Origin: Spizellomyces punctatus DAOM BR117
Lineage: Eukaryota
Length of the DNA stretch: 64,000 nucleotides
Strand: one strand, 5' to 3'
Assembly (NCBI GenBank): GCA_000182565.2
Contig: KQ257455.1
Positions 52,301-64,000 of the stretch are shown piece by piece. A program made the position numbers and the translations under genes. The notes under the pieces were generated by a model, which was not told the origin of the DNA, did not search any database, and was given only the letters and a program-made list of their open reading frames with translations. Position 1 is the first letter of the stretch. Each line of letters opens with the position of its first letter.

Positions 52301-55300
52301 AAATATCTAGGAGTGCGAGACGAACGTCACTCGAATGTCTTCACGTTCTTTTCCGAACTGTTGCCTCATACCTCTAGGATCTCACGAAGCAGTTTCAATC
52401 CTTCCAACCTCAAATCGTTAACGTTTGCCGTTGCGGCGGAGAATGCCATCCTAATTAAATCGGCCAATCGGAACACAAGCAAATCCAGCTTCCTTCCCTG
52501 CCGTTCAACTGCTGTTCTTGCCAGTCCCAGATCAAAGTGTTCCTTCACCTTCGTATCCCTCATGACAAATAACAGCTGGCGGAGGCAGGCCAATGCGAAA
52601 CCTTGGGTCCTCCACCGTGGCATAAGCAGCAGGAGAACGAGTTTGGCTGAGATGCTCAATGGAGCACCAGGCGCAGTTCCCACCGCGCTGGCCGGTCCGC
52701 CGCCTTCAGTTCTACCGGCTTGTTCTGCATCAGAATGATCAACGCCAAATATATCGTCATCATCCTCCTCATGAGTAGCGCCAATCACTGACGCTGGATT
52801 AGCAATTGTCGCGATGTCGACAGTAGGGGCAGCGCCAACTGGTCCCCCTGTTTTGGACAGGATGCTTTTACACAAGTCTAGCCATCTGGACGGTCGTTCG
52901 GGAGCCACATGCTTCAGTAGGTTTGTTAAAGTATCTCTAATCTCGTCTCTGACCGTTCCATCTGTCTCCATATCCAGCAATGCAAACAGCTGCTCTTCCA
53001 GCTGATTGTTGACCGCGGCCTCTAGCACTAAGTCGGGACTCCGCTGTGTGAGCTGATACAAGCAGGTCACCGCCGCCTTTCGCGTTAAATAACCTTGCGT
53101 GTTGTAATTGCCAGTCAATTGCAACTGCAAGAACGGAATCAATGTAAAGATATCCACATGCTTAGGCGCAAACAAAATGAAATGCTGGATGCAACGGATG
53201 GCCTCCACAACCACAAAAGGATCCTCTTCGTTTTTTAGTTCCTCATACAAACTGAAGCACAACTCGCGGACTTTTGTTGACATCTGCAATTCAGGTCCGA
53301 TAACACCCACTAACGCGTAAAGAATCCGTCCGATGGAAGGGTACACTTCATTATTACTGTTTTTTCCCTGTTCATTTGCGGCAGCGGCAGTTATCTCGTG
53401 GCTTTCCGACATGAGTAACTTGACCGCAACAGAGAGCGTCGAGTTAACGAAAGGCCCATACATCAAACCAGCACTTTCGATTACAAGCCAGAGTGAATGT
53501 AGTGCCCAGGTGTGGACCAGAGGATGCGGATCGGTTGCCAGCGAATGCAGAATCCCCACCACAGTTTTAAGCTGTGACGAAGCAGCCATTCCACCAACAT
53601 AGCTGAGAATATATCCCAGTGCTAATGATGAACCCGCTCGCACATCTGGATCGCGGTTTTTGACCACATTGTCCACGAGATTCTGTATCAAAGGATTGAC
53701 GAATGTGGCTGTACCAACAATACGGGCCAGTCGACCAAGTACCTCACATGATAGGGTGCGAAATACAGGATCAGGACCCGTCAGAAATTCCTTATTGTTC
53801 AGTCTAGTTAGCGCACCAGCGCGAGCGAATCATGATTTGGAAAGATGAACTCACTTCTACCAAGTCACGAATTGCAACCGAGACTTTCCCGCTGGCTAGA
53901 GCCCCTTTCTTCACCATCACATGTTTCAGAACTCCAATTACAGCGGCCATAATGTTCAGTTGCATTGCTCTTTTCCGACCCGGCGGTATCTTGGTCCCCG
54001 GATACTTCGTCAGACTAATCAACTGCTCCATCAAAGATTCTTGAACTGCGGGATTCTGTAATGGCAGTAAAAGCGCAAACAGCTCAATGGCCGCGTCCAC
54101 GGTTGCGATGTGTATTGGCGGCGGACTTGGACGGCTATTGACGAGCTCGTAAGTATGCATGTTGTTGGACGGCGTATCCTGGATTTTAGTTTGAAGATAT
54201 AGGCAATGCGGGTCATTTTCCAAACTTCCAGGAACCTGCTGCTCAATCTACAACGGCGTTAAGCTGCATTCAATAATCAGTAGGATTTCACCATGAAGAG
54301 GGGAATTACCAGATTCTCGAGGGCCTGCACATCCGTGTCCCTATTCAAGACGCGCGCAATACCGCGGTCCTCAGCGCCTAAAGTGGATGCGACGTGCACA
54401 ACAGAGCCTTCCAGCAAAGATGTCAAGAGAGATTGCTGAGCGGCGGCTTGGTTCGCCTTATCTGGCGAGGTAGGCGGCGGACCAAACCGCTCCTGCATCT
54501 TTTCCGGATCAGGTGCAAACACGTCAAGAGCTGCGCGAAGAAGTAGAGAATAGCTCATCTCATATGTTGCTGGCGGGTTGAGAACTTTGAAGCAAACGAA
54601 TAGCCGTCTACGCAAGAAGCTCTCCATGCGAACGAAGATCAATTCAGGATTTGGCGCACCGGGCGGTAGAGGGCCGGTCGAGGTGTACACAATTGGCAGT
54701 GCCAACATGAAGGATAGGGTATTGTTCAAAAATAGCGCAATCCGCTTGGCGACGTCCGTTGATGTTACTTCTTTTGGGTTGTATATCATGAAGCTATATA
54801 AGGCGGCCAGAGCAGCTTCTTTGCTGGTAAGAAGATACTCCCACTCGGCTTCAGTTCTCGTGGTGTTGTCTTTCGCACCTGGCTTTGGAAACACGTTCTT
54901 CCAAATCAACAATAGCTGAGACGTGTGCACCCGCACAAAATCGGGTCCAAGACACATCAACGCTCCTATAAGAGTCCAAGCAACACGGGTTTGTGCCGCC
55001 ATAGCTCTGTAATCCTTCGACACTGAAGCACTTTTGAGTAGCTGCACCGACAATCCAAAGATACGGGCCATGATCTCGAATGACACGTACAATGTATGAC
55101 TTGGGGCTGCGCTGATCAAGGCCGCCAGAGCATTTCCATATCCGATGAATCGATTTAGAAACTCGGGCTTGTCTCCATGAAGATGCACTAAGTCTTTTTG
55201 AATTAGCGCCATCATCTTGCTGATCAACTGAGACAGGTGGGATGGAAGTGCGAGAGAAAGTGCTCGTAAGCACCACGCCAGTGCAAGATTTACCGATCGT

Positions 55301-57221
55301 GAAGGATGAGCAACAAGCTTGAATAACGGCTCAACCACAGCACCCTCTTCTCCCGCTGCAGCAGGGCCCAAATCAATCAACAGGGCAGCAAGCTCATTCA
55401 GAATACACACAAGTGCGTGTTCTGACGGTGCCACGTCCGTTCCAAGAACGGGTGGCCATTTCCGCAACCATCCGTTCCCCAGTTCTTTCATGGCATTCAC
55501 TTGAGCCACTTCGCTTAGCATCTTCCCTACAGCATCGCGGAGCAGGAATCCCGCCGATTCTCGCATGAATATGGTGTCCACAGGAGTTGTTGTAAGTTTC
55601 GGATGAGTTGCCATATCCACCACATTTTTCACGATAGTCGCATAATTCCCCTCCACAAACTTGACTCCGAGTCTCTTCAAAGTGACCGCATACGCCTCTA
55701 TTATCCCAACGCGCATTTCTCGTGACGTAGCCTTAGTACAGAGAGTGCAAAATAGACCAAGCATCTCCTCGACCGTCAGAATGTTCTGCTCTGTCGCGCT
55801 GGATGCATTGCCAGCCTCTGGCTCGGCCACTGCACCCTTCTGACCTTTCTTTGCGGTCGCTTTCTTCTGCATTGGCTGCTGAGACAGGTTTAGGAGGGTA
55901 GCCACGAAGGAAGCGATACCGCGACGAACACCATAGTTCGCCGATTCTAGAGCCTTCATGGTTGTAGCAAGCAACGACTCGTACTCATCCAATTTTGCAG
56001 GGGGTGCCTGTAAGGTGTGCTCGTATACTGCTTGAAGCAGCTTTATAAACGTTGCTGTGAGTTCCTCAGATGTCTCGAGCAGTATTGCAAATCGTGGATA
56101 TCTACCTCTACCGATACTATCCTCATCAACGGGAGCTTATCAGCTACACATGCCTTTGCAACTTTTACGATGTCCTTAACCATAACATCCGTAGCGCCTT
56201 TTCCAGCGCCTTTTAGGGATCTTGTCAGAGCGACAATGGTCTCGTATCGCAAGGCCACCTATGACAGCAAAACGCACATCAGTTGCCGTAATAGTTAAGC
56301 GCTTCTTTCACGTTTGACTGTACATCTGACTCTTTCGCATTCTTGTACAATTTGAGAAGTGACGTTACTGTTTCGGGGAATAAGGACATCAACTAAGTTT
56401 AGTGGGAGCGTCCTCAGTTAGACCATAGGATAAATTGAAGAGCACGGTATATGTACAGACTTTTCCACCATGTGTTTCCGACAAGATTCCCACGCAATAT
56501 ACCGCTGCACTGATATCAAGAGTTAGCAACATTGAACCGGCCAGTAATGCCTGCGGATGGTGCTGACACGTACATCCGAAGAGATGGATCTTCTAGCTTC
56601 TTATTAACCATCATCCCCTGCACTGCCGACAACGTATCAAATAAAGTCCTACTGTCTCCATTCATATATATTACGACGAGGCATCGTGATATCAGTCGGC
56701 GAATCGGACGTGAGGGCTTGGGATTTGTAGATGCAAGGAATTTCAGAAGAGTTTTTTCCAGGTCCGCCTGGCCAGCCTTGATGGTGTCCTGAAGCACAAA
56801 ATAGACTTAGACTACCTATTTCATATCCATGGGGCAAGCTAAAGGGGCCCAAGAGACAAAGGGTGGGGACGTGCTTACCAGCGACGACTTATTCAAGTCC
56901 CTTGCTAAAATAGACAACCACTGCCGATTGCACAATGAGGACAACAAGTTCCTTGAACCCATCATATAGAGAATTTGAATGATACCTGAAACAGAAATAA
57001 CTCTTTCTTTTCTGTCGTGTCTGCAGCATTGAACTGCCAATTCAGACAACAATTGGTCATTAGTATACTTACTATGCTTTTCAACAGTGAAATCTATTTA
57101 CCTTCTCCTCATCAAAATGGAAGCTATCAGGAATAACTGGCTTGCTTGCAGAGGCTTCTACCAGTCCAGCCGACCCCGGTGCACCCGCAAAGTCCGCCAC
57201 AAACGCTGCTGCCATGGTCAT
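49328..57221 (-). CDS. LAA1: HEAT-repeat AP-1 accessory protein Laa1/HEATR5, many exons
   Basis: N-terminal FDEEK...KELFLFQWL, PSRPIRRLISRCL, VDAAIELFA, RAGSSLALGYI..YVGG, DPHPLVHTWALHSL, PRWRTQ, LLEQYQAQI and C-terminal PKIALKSF. Confidence 0.92.
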
Positions 57222-57433
57222 CTACATCCAAAGGCGAAAGGAGGACGGCCAGCTTACGCGCGCGTCTGTGAGCTGCCATTTGAATGGCAGGAACCGGCTT
57301 GAAATGGCATCTGCTGCGCACAGCGGCACAGTCATCCATTGGTATTCAAAGATAGACGTTTGCCTTTCCCGTTGTTCAAGCGATTGGCAAGAAGACGTTT
57401 GGAAGGATCGGTGGCGAGACGGGAGACGTCAGC

Positions 57434-58385
57434 ATGGTCTTCTATTTTTCCAGCAACGGTATTGTTAGTCTTCGTTCTGGACTTTTTCCTAAAGGGTAGT
57501 CTCTTAATAATATGGGCCATGTTTCTTTTGTATAGTGGTCTCGCCCGCTGCCGAGATTTACATGGGGAAGGACAAATATGAGAGTATGTTATACAAGGCG
57601 TGGAGGCGGTTGTTTTCACAAATGTGAAGTAGCACTCATGAGCCTTCACTTGTTTATACATTTAGATGAGGAATTAATTAAGTATGGATGGCCGGAGGAC
57701 GTATGGTAAGCAACCCCAGCTAACAGCATAGCTGAACGTTGCGCTTTGTACGATTTCTTTCTTATACTAACTTGTTTGGGCAGGTTTCACGTTGACAAGC
57801 TTTCGTCCGCCCACGTCTATCTCCGGCTACAGAAAGGGCAGTCATGGGAGGATATTTCCGAGGAGCTTCTCACTGACCTCGCTCAGCTCACGAAAGCGAA
57901 CAGCATCGAAGGAAACAAGAAAAGTAATCTGACCATCATCTATACTCCTTGGAGCAATCTTAAAAAAACTCCAGGGATGGAAACTGGGCAGGTGACATTC
58001 CACAGAAATAACATGGTAAAACGAATCCATGTTAAAGAGAGGGAGAATGCGATAGTCAACCGGTTGAACAAAACAAAGGTGGAGAAATATCCGGATTTGG
58101 CAGAAGACAAAATTCAAAGGGATCGTGAGACTAGAAACGAATTGAGGGAGGTCGAAAAGCGTAAAGTACGTCGTCTGTTTACCAGCTCCCATATTTTACA
58201 TTTTTTTGACTGATTTGGGTTCTCAGAGGCAAAGCGAGCTGAAGCAGCAGGAGCAGAAACGCAAAGAAGCGGAGCTACGAAGCTACAGTACCGTGTTCAA
58301 AGATGAACGCATGAAGAGTAATAAAGAGCTTTTGGAAGAGCGACGGGGTTTGGACATCAATGCCATTGAGGAGGATTTCATGTAG
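57434..58385 (+). CDS. CCDC25: CCDC25/Jlp2 (NFACT-R, DUF814) protein, multi-exon
   Basis: [63 protein letters not shown] and EEDFM*. Confidence 0.93.
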
Positions 58386-58769
58386 TTGTAATTATCATAT
58401 CATTATCATGCTGGTCAAGTCTCTTGCAATGTCCACATTAGCGAGTGTTCCTCCAACCGACTATCGAAACCGTCCAGTGTCCTTTGTCTCAGCCCACAAG
58501 ACGGGGGCCTCTGATGGAGCAAAGCCGAGTTACGCACAAGCCTGGTCTATGGTTTTTAATTGAAGGTGGCCAAAGTTTTTGGCAGGAAGAGGATGCGTTT
58601 ACTAAGGTGCTTTCACGTGATTAGTCCAAATGATCGTAATTTCGTAAACACAACCTCGACGTACATGTGGACTTTCCACTCTGCGACTCCACTCATCATC
58701 GTGTTGATGCCGCCGTGTGCTGTGATACCCTTGACCATTTCTCACACCGCAAGCGAGTCAGTCAGTCTA

Positions 58770-61549
58770 ATGGCAGGCGGTGTTCCACGTCTTCTCAAAC
58801 TGCTAAATACTCGCGAGACCTGGACACCCCGCTCCGTTTCGGATAGAAAAGTATATGATGCCGCTGTGAGGGAAGTGGGAGGGCAGTGGGAGTGCCGAAG
58901 GTGGGTCTAGGAAAGAAAATGCCTCCATTTGGGCTGTACACTTGCCAGAGAAGAGAGTGTATCATACTTATCCGTCGCTATTGTCGCATTCAAGAACGTT
59001 GAAAGCACACTGCGGCTGCGTTAATGCTGTTGCGTTTTCCAATTCTGGAAGCTTAATGGCTACTGGAGGGGATGACAAGAAGATTTTGGTAAGCTGTGAT
59101 GAAGCAGACAGAGGGAGATATGGATGCAGGCTGACGCGCGTGTTTGAAGCTATGGCCAGTGGATGAGTTCCGGTCGACGATTCAGCCAATAGGAAAATAC
59201 CACGGACATGTTTCCAATATATTCTCTGTCTCATTTGACTCGACTGATAGAAAGTTCTTCTCGTAAGTAGCGGCTGTTTAGGAAATAATTGATAGCCTCA
59301 AGAACGTTGCCACCAGATGCGGCAATGACGGCCTTCTCCTCCATTACGATGTGGAATATTCCGCAGTACCTATCACAAGTGCACTGAAAGGTCTGTCGTC
59401 TCAGGGTATTTAATAACCCTCAAAATACTTCGAGCTCACAGTTCTTGCGAAAGGTCCTTCAAAAACAGCGATCGATGTCGTGCTAGCGCATGAAGAAGCC
59501 GCATTAAAGCTTTCCATATGTCCTGGTAACGATAGTTTGGTTCTAACCGCAAGGTGCGTGCCAATTAACATGCTGGAGTTCATGAGCTGTGAAAATCAGG
59601 GCTGATTCACTTGTTCGCAATCTGTCCTCCTTTTCTCAACTGAATAACTATGTCCATTGAAAGAGCAGTCAAGATTGTAAGATAATGCCTCCGACTTTTC
59701 GTATTCCAGTTTATCATGTTCTGACCATACTATGCATCAGCAACCGTAAAGCTTTTCGACACTCGGTGCGCTGATCAACTTCAGGGCCAAATAAAAACGC
59801 CGGGGATCCGACAAAACTCTGTCAACTTCAATCCCGTTGCAGATAGATTATTCTTGACAAGTGATGATAAAGGGGGTGTTCTGTATGTGTGCGAGCTGCA
59901 TCTAGTCACAACTGTGCACTTCGCGGCTGTTTATGTGGCTCTCTTATACGTCATAGCTTGCACGATCTAAGACTTGTTAAGCGGCATTGGAAGGAGCCAT
60001 CAAGTGCCACACCGTCCCCGGTGCGAAAGGTTTGTCTTAGCTCATCATACCTTATTTGTTGGAGCGCCTGTTGACATATAATTAGTTTACTACACAGCTC
60101 CGACGGGGTTCAGCCACAGCACGACCGGCAGACATACCGTCGGCGGTTTGGAGTCATGATGGCAGGTCTGTGACAATTGGACTTTCGGCGAAGGCGTATC
60201 TAGTACCTATCGCTTACTCACAGTTATTTTCAACAAACGGGGCATCTTCATCAATAGATACATAGGAGCTATCATACACAGATGGTACCCTACACTTTAC
60301 ACGCCCAGTTCACCTGACCCAGTATGTGTCTTGAAAACTACAAGCGACGGTGCTCATGGGTTCAAAAGCGTTGCCACGTGAGTTTGGATGAAGGATAACA
60401 GAGTTGAAGTGCATGATCATTAACCGTGTCGTCTCTTTGCACCTAGAGTAAAAACAGGTGCCTTCGGTGGTATGGATGATGTCTATTTCCTCAGCGGAAG
60501 CGACGACTTCCGAGCATACGGATGGCGACTTCCAAGCGCAGTGGAGATGGAGAGGGGGGCTAAAACTGGCGCGGAAGTGGAAGGGGGCAACGAGGTTGTC
60601 TATGTGTCGGGAGAAAAACAAGTAAAACCGATGGAAATTAATGAAGCTTGCTTTGTATTGAAAGGTGGGTATTGCTAAGGCGTTTGGTAAGTTAATGACG
60701 GCGGCTAATACGCTCTGAAGGCCATCGGAGCATTGTCAATTCTGTGGTGCATCACCCGACCCGACCCATGGTTGCGACAGCTGGTATGGATATTGGCGAT
60801 AATTCTTTAGAAGTGCTAATCTAGGTCATTTTTTAGGCGTTGAAAAGACGATCCGGATGTTCTCTCCATTCCCATTTGAAGCCAATGGTTTGTTACGCGT
60901 TCATTTTCAGCTCTGTTCGGGTCCTTATTTATGACCCTGCATTGTAGGCGATCAAAAGACCTGTGAAAGGGCTCGCTCAACGAGTCATTTGAATCCCCTC
61001 CTGACACTCCAAATGATGTTGCACGATGAGGAGGATGAATCTATTGAGGAAGATCTCAGAACCCTGACCTTCTTCGATTTGTTGGTACGCATTCATAAAG
61101 TCATGCGAAAGCGTCACATTGTAATGTTAAGGCCATTTCTAGCTTGCGGAAGACGAGGCCCGTGACACGCTATGGGGACCTGCGACGGATCAAGACAGTT
61201 CTGACGATGAAAGCGAAGGGGAATCAGAAATATTTTGGAATCGTTTTACAATGGAGACCGATACGTCCACAGATGGAATATGGATGGCCAATTCAAGCGG
61301 TGCCTCTATGAATGATGCTGGGGAACAACACGAGCTACCTGAAGATTCCGATGATGCGCTGGAAACACTAGCTCAGATGGGCGATCAAAGGTACTGTAAA
61401 AGGGATTATCGATCGAGCAGAAGCTGATACCCCCTACCAGCACATCCCGGGACCCAACTCGTCGTCCACGTCGCAAAAGACGAAGGGGTGTAGATGGTGA
61501 CATGTATTTTAGTACGGATACCTCGTCGTCGGATGAAGGGGAGGTCTAA
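58770..61549 (+). CDS. DCAF5: WD40-repeat DDB1-CUL4-associated factor, DCAF5/WDR22-like, many exons
   Basis: HCGCVNAVAFSNSGSLMATGGDDKKIL, GHVSNIFS, SGSDDFRAYGW, LKGHRSIVNSV and EDLRTLTFFD; acidic tail. Confidence 0.78.
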
Positions 61550-62510
61550 TGTGGATGACTGCTGCTCATATCATTTTATATCTTGTATATATTGTTACGC
61601 TATTATCTCCCATACTTTCGCCAGGACCTATCCCGCAGACAGAGGCTATGTAGTGGTGAAATTATAGATGCATGTGTCATGTTTATAAAGTCAGCTTATA
61701 AAGACGAGGTCTGTTACAAATCTCTTTCGAGCTTTGCTCCGCATTCAGCGGCCATGCCACCGAGACTTGCCTACGGACACCGCAGGGAAAGGTCGTTGAG
61801 GATACAGTCGAACATGAACTGCGATGCAGAAGTACGGAGCTGTAGAGAAGTGTTGAGAAACTCACGAGGTGTTGTGCCGCGGTATTCTTGTGTGGCGAAC
61901 GCATGGTTAGCTTTGGGGGCGTCTTCGCCGCTCGCTTTCTTTTTGGTCGCAGGTGCGGGGGCTACATAAAGAATGTCATTCCACTGGTTCGACCTTCATA
62001 AGGATGCAACGCTGACCACAGAGTCCTGGCGCTGGCACTAATACTAGGGTGTGTTGTAGAGACAGTTTCCGGCTCTCAAAATATGGCTTCTGCTAGCCTC
62101 CTTAACTCCACAACCTCTCATACAGATTCAGCGACGGCCGACTTATGCATCTTCTGGGAAAGTGACAAGTAAAAGTCTCGACAAGAGCGACAAAGACCAA
62201 TTGCAGCCGGATACAGGGCAAAGTTACAAAGAGCGGGAACGGTCTAGAAGTATGAATGCTTAATGTGAGGCTCTTCTAAGGGGTGCGGAGGTGGAAAGGA
62301 TGGAGTGGATTGTGGAGGATGAGAATAGGAGAGTCAGGGCCCAGGTTGGACATTGAATCCATTTTCATGTATGTGGAGTACCGCTCGTGTTATAGTCATT
62401 CAGGTAATAAAAAAATATGTGTAGCTATCTGCCATGTACAACCTACTCCTGAATTTACATTGTTTTTTTTTGGTAAGGATGGAGGTCCAGTCCATTTTCA
62501 CAGCTGCAGC

Positions 62511-63089
62511 CTATTTCGGCCCTGTAGCCGGCCAGAAGAAACCCGAAAATGCTGTTAAGCACCGGGCCAGCAGGTAGGCCCTGTGTGTGGGGAGAGTTGG
62601 CCCAAAGCAGGCTCCACATTCTTCTTCAGACCTTGAAAAGCCCTCGTCGAGGGGTTCGTTGGATGCCAGAGAAAACCCTATTTTGAACGAGTGTTCCGGT
62701 AAGTCATCACGAAGCCCAATATGCCACCTGCCTGATGCATCCATCTTCTTGTAAATGTTCCCGCTGAGAATCCGTTTCTCTTTTTCATCGCTCCCTTCAC
62801 GAAAAGGGAAGGTGGAGAGCCACTCCCTCACTAGCAAGAGCTGGTGAGCCCCTTCCATGGTGTGCCGCGCACACAGATCAAAACGAAGTGAATCTGTAGA
62901 CTGCTTGCGCATGTCTACTCCACATTTGTCGCCTGTGTCGGGGTCGAATGCCTCGCACTTACTCCACCCCTTTCGTGGCGAGGTGAATTTGCAGCTAAAG
63001 TCGGGGTTGAGGCCGAGACCGACCCAATATGCCTTCGACTCGGCATTGTTGGGTACCTCCTCAAAGGTGCGTCGTTTCTTTGCGTACAT
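62511..63089 (-). CDS. Orphan Cys/His-rich protein, about 192 aa
   Basis: CACC-ATG start and protein-like composition; C-x11-C-x10-C-x16-C-x2-H plus a CxxC motif. No family recognised. Confidence 0.45.
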   Translation of the reverse strand: MYAKKRRTFEEVPNNAESKAYWVGLGLNPDFSCKFTSPRKGWSKCEAFDPDTGDKCGVDMRKQSTDSLRFDLCARHTMEGAHQLLLVREWLSTFPFREGSDEKEKRILSGNIYKKMDASGRWHIGLRDDLPEHSFKIGFSLASNEPLDEGFSRSEEECGACFGPTLPTHRAYLLARCLTAFSGFFWPATGPK

Positions 63090-63373
63090 GGTGGAATGAT
63101 TGTATTAACAAAAAATCAATTGTAGATTGCAGCAGCTACTCCTTTTCCATATCGTTTTCAAGATATCTCACAATAATTGCAGTCGTGGTGGTGGGAAGGG
63201 TTCTCCTCATTATTCACATGGTGGTAGCCCACGGTGTGCTTTAGAATACTGCTGTCAGAGGACCTATTCTAAAAAGATGGGCTAAAGAGCGTCAGTGTTA
63301 AACTAGTAACTAGGCTACCGCTCTTGCACTCTGCCTAACCATGCCCATACAATGAATGCATTAGCGTTATTTA

Positions 63374-63407
63374 TCAATGCAGTGCAGGAGTCAATGCAGT
63401 GCAGGAG
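63374..63407. repeat. Perfect 17-bp tandem duplication
   Basis: TCAATGCAGTGCAGGAG at 63374-63390 and 63391-63407. Confidence 0.9.
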
Positions 63408-64000
63408 GAAAAGAAAGTGCTGCCACGCATACCCGTCCTCGCCGCCCTTAGTGGCACGTTCAGATGGTGCCCAAGGCCGGAGTACATGTGTATCAATAGG
63501 AATGCGGATAGAAGGCTGACAAAGTTTGAGCTAGGCAGGGTGAATAAAGGACATTGTGGATATGAGCGCTCACCACGTTCATCAAGTGTTTTCGGCCGGT
63601 ACCGGGTGGTGGGGCACCTTGAGATGCGACCATTAATAATGCTCCGGCACTAGCAATCAGAACTATCTTCATAGTTCTTGCAGGGTATAAGATGGTGAGG
63701 CATCTGCGGTAATTGTCGTGTTCTGTATGGTTGTCGAGGTCTCACTCTGGGTCTCACTTGAGGATCGTCTGTGCCTGAATACATGGCTTTTGGTGCCAGG
63801 TCGTGCAAAGGAGGCTTAGGCACGCGACAACCTCAACCTGGGTCATGTGTCTGGACTCATCGGAAATGATGCGGAACTCAGCTTACTACTCGTTAAATCA
63901 ACACAAAAAACACATAAAAATATACCAGAAATTTATGAAGAATGAAGTGACAGTGAGCGCCAACTAGATATACACCTAAATGCCAAAGACCACACCAATA

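Noticed and set aside
15349..57221. Functional clustering of trafficking genes (Sec7, LAA1) or ribosome-related genes
   Set aside because: The genes are far apart and interspersed with unrelated housekeeping genes, so there is no evidence of a coordinated cluster.

Overview
This is a compact, intron-rich eukaryotic window with short GT-AG introns (mostly about 50-70 nt) and short intergenic gaps. Fungal-type housekeeping genes together with a cilium-associated IQCH-like gene suggest a zoosporic (chytrid-type) fungus; this is inference. About 29 protein-coding genes can be reconstructed by hand. In order they are: a MARVEL-like 4TM protein, an F-box protein, Hikeshi/OPI10, a 7TM protein, an LtrA-like membrane protein, MED7, DHX35, a hidden Rrn5-like SANT/histone-fold gene, Sec7, a small hydrophilic protein, a PC-esterase/NXPE-like protein, an F-box-JmjC protein, ZNHIT2, RPL16 (uL13), RPL4, IQCH-like, NPC2/ML, a possible small ORF gene, lipoate ligase, IAH1, PhoD, a Cdc12-type septin, RPL22, a Jupiter/HN1-like repeat protein, LAA1/HEATR5, CCDC25, DCAF5-like and an orphan Cys/His-rich ORF. 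I recognised no rRNA, tRNA, CRISPR array or intact transposon, and no unmistakable new multi-gene system. The best leads are a divergent, codon-unbiased uL13 paralog head-to-head with RPL4, an H/ACA-like double hairpin in RPL22 intron 1, a compact Rrn5-like gene missed by the ORF track, small TATA-driven orphan genes, 8- and 14-nt microexons, a GDS-to-GDG pseudo-esterase and recurrent CACGTG promoter sites. Gene boundaries are manual splice reconstructions, and family names come from motif recognition, not database searches.
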